NCBI GenBank assembly: GCA_013416795.1
Contig: RQSC01000750.1
Coordinates: forward strand, 43,867 to 63,460
Origin: Prasinococcaceae sp. CCMP 1430
Lineage: Eukaryota > Plantae > Prasinodermophyta
Length of the DNA stretch: 19,594 nucleotides
Direction: 5' to 3'
Shown here: piece after piece, positions 1 through 8,409 of the stretch
Layout of the letters: each line of letters opens with the position of its first letter
Numbering within the stretch: position 1 is the first letter of the stretch
Notes under the pieces: model-generated
Told to the model about the DNA's origin: nothing
Databases searched by the model: none
Seen by the model: the letters and a program-made list of their open reading frames with translations, nothing else
Program-made: the position numbers and the translations under genes

Positions 1-188
1 CGCGCGCCCCGCGGCGCGCGGGAGGGACGAGGAGCGCGCGCGGAGGGCGAGGGAGGGGATCGCGCGCCCGCCCCTGCAGGGCTTGGGGTAGAAGAGGCCC
101 GCTGAGCCCGCCGCACCCCGCTAGGGCGCCTGCCCGCCCCGCGCGGTCTGGCGCGTCCTCGCCCCCGCCCCCGCCCGCGCGCAACCGC

Positions 189-453
189 ACGCGAACGCAA
201 GGATTCCAAAGGATTCCATCACAAATCTCGAATTCCACTATATATGGAATCCACTTTCAATTTCAGTATTGATATCGACGCTCATGGAATCCCACAGATC
301 CGGACGCGTCCGGGCGCCAAAACCAAAACTGAAAAAAACTCTGCGTGCCGACGCCACGCGACCCAAATGATGGGCCAATTCGGCTGGGATGAACCCTACC
401 TGGCAAAGTACGATAACCCTAATACACCCCAATGGGTTCGGGTTCGTTCGCGT
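189..453. promoter_or_regulatory. AT-richer, dyad-symmetric intergenic island (candidate promoter/regulatory element)
   Basis: GGATTCCA at 201 and 211, GAATTCCA at 230, central TATATA 239-244, and inverse TGGAATCC at 245 and 285. Also a 14-bp palindrome CCGGACGCGTCCGG 300-313, TGGGCC 371-376, telo-box-like AACCCTAA 415-422, and a 9-bp inverted pair 189-197/445-453. Confidence 0.4.
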
Positions 454-525
454 TCGACAGTTGGAGTCGCTACAGTATCAGGTGAACGTGGCCCGGGGGG
501 GGGGCGGTGGGAATGGCGCCTAAGC

Positions 526-527
<2 letters not shown>

Positions 528-560
<33 letters not shown>
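528..560 (+). repeat. G33 homopolymer (G-quadruplex-capable)
   Basis: Uninterrupted G run; the length may be imprecise in the assembly. Confidence 0.9.
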
Positions 561-561
<1 letters not shown>

Positions 562-846
562 GGGGACGCAGGAGCAGCGCCAAGGGGCAGCGCGGGCGGC
601 GCCAGGGCGGGGGCGGGGGCAGCTGGGCGGCGTGTGTCATCCGCCGAACCGGCGTCTGGGCTCTTTACTGCTCGTTGGGCTGCGCTTGGGGGCCGCGGGC
701 GCGCCGGCAGGCGCAGCGCGTGCGTGTGGTGCAGGCTGGCGGCTGCTCGGGTGGCGCCCCGTCCCCTCTCGTTGGTGTGTGTATGCGTGTAGTCGCCCCC
801 TCCCCTCCGCGTGATGGTAGGGATAGGCCGGGTCGACACGGGGGAG

Positions 847-2530
847 CTACCGCATGGCGCGCACTTGGGCGCCACGGCGCCGCGGGCGCGGGCCGAGCGC
901 CGGTGAGACTGGCGTCGTCAGCGGCGCGTCCGAGAGCGCCGGGGCGAAGGGCAGCGAGAAGTCCGGCACCGGCCGCGCCTTGTGTACGAGGTCCTCGGAG
1001 CGCAGTCGCGCGAGCTCCGCCGCCTCCGCAGCCGCCCGTTCAGCCTCTGCTGCCTCGTGCTCGCGCCTCTCCTCCTCGCGCTGGGAGGCCAGGCGCCGGT
1101 CGAACTCGGCTCGGCGCTTGAAGCGCGCCTCCGTATTGAGCTCGCGCGCGCCCAGCTGTCCGAGAGGGTGCGTGGTCGCATGTCGGCCGCCCTCCTTGAT
1201 AGCACGTCTGGCTGCCTCTGCCGCCTCCGCCATCTCAGAGCGCGCGCGCTTGGCGTCGCCGCGTGCGGCTGTGAGCAACGCAGGAGGGCCGGCTGGACGT
1301 CGGGCGGCATCTACAGCGCCGGTCGCCTGCCCTCCGGCAGGATCGGCGCAAGCAGCAGCGCCGCTCGTTCGCACCGCGGTCGCCATCCTGCGCGTGCTAG
1401 TAGACACACCCTGGCGCGCTGCCACCTTCAGCCGCTTCGAGCGTTCGCGCTTGGCCTCCTCCTGAGCGCGCTCGTACGCCAGCTCCTCCGTTGTCTTCGC
1501 AGGCCTGTTCCCGCGGACATCCTGCAGACGTTTCGACCGCCGCAGTACGGCGGGGCTCTTCGGCACGGTCAGGTGATGCTGCCTGCGAAGTGCGGTCGGC
1601 GCTGCCCCCTCACGGCCCCTCTTGCGTGCGCGCGCGCTTTCCGTGGGCGCGACCACCGGCACCGGGCGCCCAGAGTCGACCGCCGATTCCTCCTCATTAC
1701 CCAGGTCCGCCGCCTCCGATCGCACCCGTGCGTCAACCGCCTCGGCGTCCTCGCAGCCGCCATGCCCGCCTGCATCTGCTGCAACACCTGCATCGCCAGC
1801 GTTTGCCCGCGCTTCTCCGGCGTCGATTGCGCCCGCCGCCTGCCCACGCCCCTCCTCTCCCATCCGGAGTACCCCCTCGCATTTCGCGCCATGCTCGTCC
1901 TCGAAAAGGCCCTCAATCGATGTCGGTGGCGCAGGTGGGGCTGCAAGGTCCGCGTCCATGCCAGTCGCCGCGTCCGCGTCCGCGCTTCCGCCAGCACCGT
2001 CAACAGCAACGTCCATCTCCTCCTCTTCCTCTGTCTCCTCCTCGAATATCGATCCCATCTCCCTGTCGGCGTCGCAGGCCATGGTTCCATCATCGTCGAT
2101 TTCCACATCTTCCTCGCTTGCATCGCCGAAGACATCCGTCTCGGTCGCCGCGTGCGCTGCCTCGGCCTCCTCGCCGTCATCTTCGAATATGTCCGCCTCA
2201 ACCGCGGTGTGTGCCGCCTGATCCTCCTCGTCCACCTCGGCCGCCGCCGCTGCGGCCTCGGCCTCGGCCGCGGCGGACGCCGCGGCTGTGCGCTCTTCGA
2301 ACCACCGCTCCGCTGCGGCGTCCTGGCGCTTGTCCCACTCGCCCCCCCGCGATGAGAAGTCGTGCCAGCGCGGCGCGGCAAACTCGTAGCGCGGGTCCAC
2401 GTCCTCGCCCACCGCCCCGGTCCCCGCCGCAGCCTCCCCCTCCACCTCCCCCGACAGCATCGCGCCCGCTGACGCGTCCGCGCAGAACTGCTCGGCGGGC
2501 ATCGCGAGGGAAGCGGACGCCGCGAAATCG

Positions 2531-2563
<33 letters not shown>

Positions 2564-2640
2564 ACCGCAGTGGGGAGCGCGGCGCCGGCGGGCGCGGGCG
2601 CGGGCGCGAGCACGGTGGCGAGTAACTCGTGCCTTTTCAT
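847..2640 (-). CDS. TPX2: TPX2 (Targeting protein for Xklp2), spindle assembly factor and Aurora activator
   Basis: Aurora-binding motif DPRYEFAAPRWHDF...AERWFEE, LTVPKSP, KTTEEL, and the C-terminal TPX2 domain (LNTEARFKRRAEFD...ELARLRSEDLVHKARPVPDF...PLTTPVSP). Start is uncertain: ATG at 2640, 2502 or 2460. Confidence 0.9.
2532..2563 (+). repeat. C32 homopolymer (G32 on the TPX2 sense strand)
   Basis: Uninterrupted run; encodes poly-Gly if TPX2 starts at 2640. Confidence 0.9.
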
Positions 2641-2679
2641 CTTTTTTGTCCTGGGGGATGGTGTGCCCTTTGGACTGTG

Positions 2680-2767
2680 TGGGCCGCGTCCGGGGGCGCC
2701 CCGGGCGGGGGGGAAAGGGGCGCGCATGTGTGCTGTTCGCCCCAACGCGAGATTGGGGTTAGGGTTT
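2680..2767 (-). promoter_or_regulatory. Telo-box plus site II-like element upstream of TPX2
   Basis: TTAGGGTTT 2759-2767 (AAACCCTAA on the minus strand) and TGGGCC 2680-2685. This motif pair is typical of promoters of plant proliferation genes. Confidence 0.45.
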
Positions 2768-2940
2768 ACGCGAGACGCCTGCGCTGCGCGCGCCGCGGCC
2801 GCGGCCCGGGCCGCCGTGGCTTTGCTCGCGGTCGCCCGGTCGGAGCGCGCGCCGCCGCGCAGGATGGTGCGCCGCGCGGGCCAGCCAGCCTGTGCGCGCG
2901 AGAGCGCGCCCAGAGCGGCGCGTGCCGGCCACGGCACATG

Positions 2941-3356
2941 GATTCAACGCTCTCCGTCTTCCACCAACATTTAGACGAATCACCGAGCACGTCATTGTAT
3001 GTTCTCTGATGCTTTCTGGGCGAATGGATGCTGCTACGCTATTCGATGGATGAAAGGATTCCGTCCAGTTCCCCGAGCGGATTGGTGCGGCCCGGCCGAG
3101 CGCGAGCTGTGAATGAAACCCAGCCGGGCGCCATGTGAGCGTGTGGTGGTGGTGATCTGACTGGTCTCCCCACTGCGGACCGCGGTACCGGGCGTCGCCT
3201 GTGTGCTCGTCGTGTTTTCGCTGCCGCTGTTGGTTGGATGCCCCGTCATGGATCCATGGATGTGGATACCAGCGTGTGGTTGTCTGTGATCTGCGGTACG
3301 GGTTTTCTAGTTATGACCCTGCGTGGGTGTTTGTTGACCCTTCGGGGAACTGTCGG
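2941..3356 (+). ncRNA. Candidate structured non-coding RNA or structured leader, family unassigned
   Basis: 11-bp long-range helix CAGTTCCCCGA 3066-3076 / TCGGGGAACTG 3342-3352. It encloses helices 3090-3096/3123-3129 and 3179-3185/3291-3297. There are also 5' hairpins at 2941-2981, 3021-3045 and 3046-3064. GU-rich, lower GC than the flanks, no convincing ORF. Confidence 0.35.
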
Positions 3357-4137
3357 CTGCGCGCCGCACGCAGGCGGGAGCGCGTTCGGTCGGCGCGCCG
3401 GGCGCGGTGCGCCACACGCCGAGCAAGCGGCACACAGAGGTGAGTGCCCGGTGGGCGAAGCCCTCGGGAGCCGGCTGGGGGGCTTGATGGAGGCGGGAGG
3501 GTGAAGAGCCGGGGGCGTGGCCCGGCCAGGCGTGGCACGGCAGCGCGCAGTGCACGTCCGATGCGACGCGATCGCGAGCGCGCCGGCGTCAATGTTGCAC
3601 AGCATAACTTGAGCCGCGGGGGCTTGAAGCGCGCGCGCGCGCGCCGGGCGGTGGGGCGGGTTGTAGGGTCTCCGCGGAGCGCGGAAGCCGGAGTTCCCCG
3701 CGCCCGAGTGACAGAGGCCCGATTCGGGAGGGTGGAGGGGACGCGGATGAACTGCCGCGCGCGCTGCTGGAGAGGGGGGTGGGAGGCGCGCGTTTTCGCG
3801 CGCGCGCGCGGGAGCGAGCCTTTCGTGTTTCTGTCTCGGGGACCTGCGCTCAGCGCGTGCGGGCCGCCGTCCGCACCAGCGCGGCGCGCGCGCGCACGCG
3901 CCACCGCGCTTGATCGCGCGCCCTGCCGGGCCCCAGGGCGTGCGGTCTAGAGGGAAGATGATCAGGGGAAAAAGTGCTTGAAAACTCCTGGGCGAGAGTG
4001 GCCGACCGTGCGCATCCGCGGCGACGCTGACAGCCCGCGCCCCCGCTCCCGCTCACACCCCCGCCCCCGCCTGCGCCCGTGCGTGCGTGCTCGATCGTTT
4101 GCACGATCGCAGCCTGCGCGCGTGACGCCGCTCAGAT

Positions 4138-6153
4138 ATGTCGGAGGAGGTGCCCACCGACGTGCCACCGGCCGAGGAGGCTGCGGCGGACGAGCCTGCG
4201 CCCGCTGAGGCCGAGGCAGAGCCCGAGGCCGAGGCAGAGCCCGAGGCCGAGGCAGAGCCCGAGGCCGAGGCAGAGCCCGAGGCCGAGGCAGAGCCCGAGG
4301 CCGAGGCAGAGCCCGAACCTGAGGCAGAGCCCGAACCTGAGGCCGAGGCCGAGGCGGAGCCAACCGACGCCGACAAAGAGGAAGTCGGCGATTTCGCTGA
4401 CAAGGTCGCCGCTGAGGCCGAGCCCGCTGAGGGCAGCGCCGAGGCGGAGGAGACGCCCGCTGAGGTGGAAGCTGACGCGGTGCCCGCCGAAGCGCCCGCC
4501 GACGCCGACGCCGCCGAAGGCGAGGGTGAGGGCGAGGCTGTGGAGGATGCCGCCGCTGAGAGCGGTGAGGTCGCTGCGGCGCCTGCGGAGGGCGATGAGC
4601 CGGCGGGCGTCACCGCCGCCGAGGGCGAGGGTGCCGACGGCGAGGATGAGGAGGGCGACTTCGAGCCGCCGCAGGAGGAGCTCATGACCATCGACGAGAA
4701 CGCGGCCGCAGCGGTAGCTGCAGGAGCGGGCGATTTCAGCGGCACCGAGGCGGCCTTGCAGCAACTTCTCGAGGTTGAGCGCGCCGCTCGCGCCGCTGAG
4801 GCCAGCGCCGCGGAGGACTTGCACTCGCGGCTTGAGGTCGTCGAGAAGGAGGCCGCGCGCGCTGCGGAGCTCGAGGCCAAGGTGAAGGCGCAGGCAGAGG
4901 CGCTGGAGGCCGAGGCGCGCACGCGCGCCGAGCTGGAGGACATGCTCCTGCGCATCGAGCGCCACTTCAAGGCCGAGCAGGGCGCTCGCCGTGCGGCGGA
5001 GGAGAAGCTCGCGAGCATGGAGGGCGAGCTCTCTGTGGAGCGCGCCACGCGCACGCAGCTCGAGGGCTCCGCGCGCTCGGTGGAGGATGCCACCTCAGCG
5101 GCGGCCAAGGCCGTCGAGGAGCGCTCGGCAATGGAGGCTGAGATGGAGGCGGCAAAGCTCGCCCAGCGCAAGGCCGAGAAGGCGCTCCAGACCGCCGAAG
5201 AGACGGTGCGCGCTGCCGAGAACGTTGACAAGATGCGCATGAAGCACGAGCACGAGGCACGCGTTCTCAAGCTCGCCTCTGAGCTGGACCGCTGCCGCGA
5301 CGAGCTGGAGAAGCGCACGGCCCAGATGGGCTCTGAGATGGAGCGCTGGCGCCACCAGGCTGAGGCGGCGGCCTCCACGGTGCAAGTCGCCAAGCAGGAG
5401 GTGGTGCTGCGCAAGAAGGAGATGGACGCTACCAAGGAGAAGCTCGACGCGCTCATGGACAAGCTGTACGTTGGCCGCGAGATGTCCATAGCGCTGCAGG
5501 GGGCCATCGACTACAACCTCGCGCAGAACAAGGTGCAGCGCCAGTCCGACCAGCAGAGCGCCATGCTCGCGGAGTCTCTCAAGCAGTACATTGCTGCACA
5601 GCCCAGCGTGCCCCTTCCCACCGGTGAGGCCTCGAAGCCTACGATGCCTGCTCGCTTGCATGCCAACGGCAACGCAGCGGCCGACCCTCGACTGCCGCCC
5701 ATCTCGGCACGTGCTCCCCCGAGCAACCCGCACTACAAGCCGCCAAGCCCGCCGTCGGTGCTCGCGCATCTCGACTCCTTCAGCGCCGGCGCGTCGACGG
5801 TCGAGGCGCCTGCGGCCAGGAAGCGCAAGCCCAAGAAGACCAACCCGTACGGTGCGCCGGCTGCCAAGGCAACGCCCAAAGCAAGCGTGCCGACCAGCAG
5901 GCAGCGCTCGATGTCTGGCTCCGACCCTGCGAGCCTACCCTCGTACATGCAGCCCGTCAAGCCAGCGGCGTCGAAGCGCAGGGCGCTGCACGAGCCCAAG
6001 GATCCCCACGCGCCGTCGCCCAAGGCCGCGCCCAAGGCGGCGCTCGCAAAGAAGAAGAGCGGCAAGGGCGGGGGCTTTGGCTCGAGCGGCCCGCGGTGGG
6101 CAACCAGCGAGGAGATGAACCTGGTGAGCTACGCTGCGTCCCGCCTCGGCTAG
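4138..6153 (+). CDS. Coiled-coil protein with acidic Glu/Ala/Pro-repeat N-terminus and basic Pro/Lys-rich tail; function unknown
   Basis: 671-aa ORF with strong GC3 coding bias and a long E/K/R/A heptad region. A probable intron acceptor CTCAG ends at 4135, just before the ATG. Confidence 0.85.
   Translation: MSEEVPTDVPPAEEAAADEPAPAEAEAEPEAEAEPEAEAEPEAEAEPEAEAEPEAEAEPEPEAEPEPEAEAEAEPTDADKEEVGDFADKVAAEAEPAEGSAEAEETPAEVEADAVPAEAPADADAAEGEGEGEAVEDAAAESGEVAAAPAEGDEPAGVTAAEGEGADGEDEEGDFEPPQEELMTIDENAAAAVAAGAGDFSGTEAALQQLLEVERAARAAEASAAEDLHSRLEVVEKEAARAAELEAKVKAQAEALEAEARTRAELEDMLLRIERHFKAEQGARRAAEEKLASMEGELSVERATRTQLEGSARSVEDATSAAAKAVEERSAMEAEMEAAKLAQRKAEKALQTAEETVRAAENVDKMRMKHEHEARVLKLASELDRCRDELEKRTAQMGSEMERWRHQAEAAASTVQVAKQEVVLRKKEMDATKEKLDALMDKLYVGREMSIALQGAIDYNLAQNKVQRQSDQQSAMLAESLKQYIAAQPSVPLPTGEASKPTMPARLHANGNAAADPRLPPISARAPPSNPHYKPPSPPSVLAHLDSFSAGASTVEAPAARKRKPKKTNPYGAPAAKATPKASVPTSRQRSMSGSDPASLPSYMQPVKPAASKRRALHEPKDPHAPSPKAAPKAALAKKKSGKGGGFGSSGPRWATSEEMNLVSYAASRLG
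4207..4350 (+). repeat. 18-bp coding tandem repeat (EAEAEP)
   Basis: GAGGCCGAGGCAGAGCCC x6 perfect (4207-4314) plus two diverged copies. Confidence 0.95.
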
Positions 6154-6190
6154 GGCGATCTCAACGACGCACACGGGCGGGGTAGATGGC

Positions 6191-6274
6191 GAGAGAGAGA
6201 GAGAGAGAGGAATCGCGTGCTCCTGGACGGAGGCACACAACTCAAGCTCATGCGCACACAACTCAAGCTCATGC
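6191..6274 (+). repeat. (GA)n microsatellite and 21-bp duplication in the 3' UTR region
   Basis: GA run 6191-6208; GCACACAACTCAAGCTCATGC at 6233 and 6254. Confidence 0.85.
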
Positions 6275-6606
6275 GCGCACAAGCACACATTCGCACGCGG
6301 CACTCGAGCGATAAGGGGCGCGCTGTTTCGCGCAGTGTGGTAACGACTAGTTTTGAGTGAGATATCGACGCATCTGCTTCTGCCGCACAGACAGAGGCGA
6401 CGCGCACAGGCTTTGCGAGCAGGACATGTCGCCTCGGGCGCAGTGATTGAATGCTCTGTACTTACGCGCGCACGCAGCCAGTCCTCTTGAGTAGTTCCGG
6501 CCGCGCCTCCCCCCCACCCCCCCACCCCCCACCCTTCCTGCCCGTCCAAAAGTCACCAACGCGCACATCATGCGTGAGGCTGGACCACGCGACAGCTGCG
6601 GAGCGC

Positions 6607-7821
6607 TTATTCGGCGCCGGCAGCCTGCTGCGACTGCAGCTGCTCCAAGCGCGGCACCAGAGACCCCCACGCATCCGCCACCACGCGGCAGTTGTTTGCC
6701 TGTGTCTTGGTGAAGTCTGCCATCACCTTGGCGAGGTCGTTCGCCTTCTGCTCCTGAAAGCGCACGAGCTCCTTGGCCATTTGGCTTTTCATGTACTCGT
6801 AATGCTCCTTTGCGGCGTCGTGCTTGCGGTTGGCGTCCTGCAGGTCTCTCTCCGCGCCGGTGATCTTGTCGGGCGGCGTGTTGACAGTAGCTTGCAGGCG
6901 CTTGAGCTTGCCGCTGCGCATGTTAACCGACTCCGCGGCAGTCTCGAGCTCGAGCAGTGCCACCGATCGCGCTTGCATGACCTTCTTCACACTCGCTGCG
7001 GTGAGCGCCCACTCTTTCAGCGGCGCCTCGAACTCGCGCCCGGTGGTCTCCGCGTGGCGCGCGAGATCGACGCTCAGCGAGTCCGCCTGGTTGCCGAGCT
7101 CGGAGAAGGCGTTCCCTAGCTTGCCGCTCTCGGTGTTGCCCAGGAGGATGACGCTCGTGCCGAAGCGAGCGAGTGCATCCGCCTGCTCCTTCTGCTGTTT
7201 CACCAGTCCGGCCGCTTCGCGATGCGCATCGTCCAGGTGCGACACCAGTGAGCGGATGTATGCCTTCGTGCGCTCGTACTCAGGATCCTCGGTGAGTGTG
7301 CTCTCCACCGATGCGTCGGGCGTAGAAATGTGCAGCGCTCTGGAGACCGACTGCCCGAGGCTCTTCAGGCTGAGCCCAAGCCGGCTCACCTTCTTGTCGA
7401 CGGCGCCGCCCGCGCCGCCGCTGTTCGCCTCGGCCGCCCATACCTCTTCGTTGGCCTCGAGGAAGAGCTGCAGGTCGGCGCTCTGACGCAGGGTGGGATG
7501 CTCCGCGCAGCGGTTCAGGAACACCTGCAGCGCCGCTCGCCGCCGCTCGATGAAATCAGCGTTGAAGGAGTACTTCGCCACGACGTTCTTCTCTGGCACT
7601 GGTGGGATGATGATGCCCGGGTTGCGATCCATGAGCCTACTCTGCAGCCAAGCGAAGTCCCTGAAGCGGCGGATGACACTGAATTCTGCCCACCTGTACT
7701 GGGGCAGCGACGTCTTGGTGGCGACGCGGTACGACACGTACGCCTGCATGCCCTCGCCCTGCTTGACGGGGTCACTCACCACGATCGCCAGGGCCTTGTT
7801 CCCCTCTCCTTCGACCGCAGA
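6607..7821 (-). CDS. SNX1: Sorting nexin 1-like (PX-BAR, Vps5 family) main exon; first exon unresolved
   Basis: PX domain VSDPVKQGEGMQAYVSYRV...VIRRFRDFAWL...IPPVPEK...FIERRRAALQVFLNR...HP...LQLFL, followed by a helical BAR domain ending ELVRFQEQK...W. CAG acceptor at 7824-7822, phase 0. Confidence 0.9.
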   Translation of the reverse strand, partial: SAVEGEGNKALAIVVSDPVKQGEGMQAYVSYRVATKTSLPQYRWAEFSVIRRFRDFAWLQSRLMDRNPGIIIPPVPEKNVVAKYSFNADFIERRRAALQVFLNRCAEHPTLRQSADLQLFLEANEEVWAAEANSGGAGGAVDKKVSRLGLSLKSLGQSVSRALHISTPDASVESTLTEDPEYERTKAYIRSLVSHLDDAHREAAGLVKQQKEQADALARFGTSVILLGNTESGKLGNAFSELGNQADSLSVDLARHAETTGREFEAPLKEWALTAASVKKVMQARSVALLELETAAESVNMRSGKLKRLQATVNTPPDKITGAERDLQDANRKHDAAKEHYEYMKSQMAKELVRFQEQKANDLAKVMADFTKTQANNCRVVADAWGSLVPRLEQLQSQQAAGAE

Positions 7822-8409
7822 CTGTGTGCCGCAACGGCAAAGCGGTGGCGCCGGCAGCGGAGGTGGCAGGGCAGACCCCAGTCGCGCGGAGCGAGGTTGA
7901 GCGACAGCAGAGGTGGCGCGGGGGCACACGCGCGAGATGAGGGGGCGGCAGGTGACGCAATGGTCAGAGACTCCGTGCGCCGACCCAGGCGCGAGCACGC
8001 CCCTGGCGCATCTGAACGTCCCACTGCTTCGCTCGGCAACCCATCTGTGCGCGCGCACGCGCGAGCGTGCCCCAAGCCGCGCTGAGACACGCCATGGCAA
8101 GCGAGGAGCGCAAGAGTTGGGAGGCGCCGCACAGGACACATGGGGGGTGGGGACAGGAGCAATCCCGTTCCCTACCACCAGCCGCTGTCCAACCCTCTCT
8201 CTTGCGCGCGTCCCCGCCCGACCCCTGGTCGGGCAGTTAGGGCGGCATTTTTTTCTGGTGTCGCTGCTCAGGCAGCGCCACGCGCCTCGCGCACGGGCGA
8301 GCGCGGTACGAGGGTCAGGCAAAGCGAGAGGCGACGGCGGCTGCGCGCACCTCGGGGAGGTTGGCGACCGACTCGTACGGCGGCGGCGGCGGCGGACGGG
8401 GCGTGCGCC

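Noticed and set aside
244-792. 182-aa ORF spanning the AT-richer island and G tract
   Set aside because: No coding bias; the frame depends on homopolymer length and it overlaps the TPX2 3' region.
3057-3076. TTCCGTCCAGTTCC as an rRNA-antisense snoRNA guide
   Set aside because: Only an imperfect match to the recalled 18S segment GGAATTGACGGAA, and no adjacent D/D' box.
4053-5507. Long antisense and alternate-frame ORFs (e.g. 4053-5507, 982-2355, 1491-2762, 10525-11796, 12323-13972)
   Set aside because: Shadow ORFs of GC-rich coding sequence; Arg/Ser/Pro/Ala-rich with no recognisable motifs.
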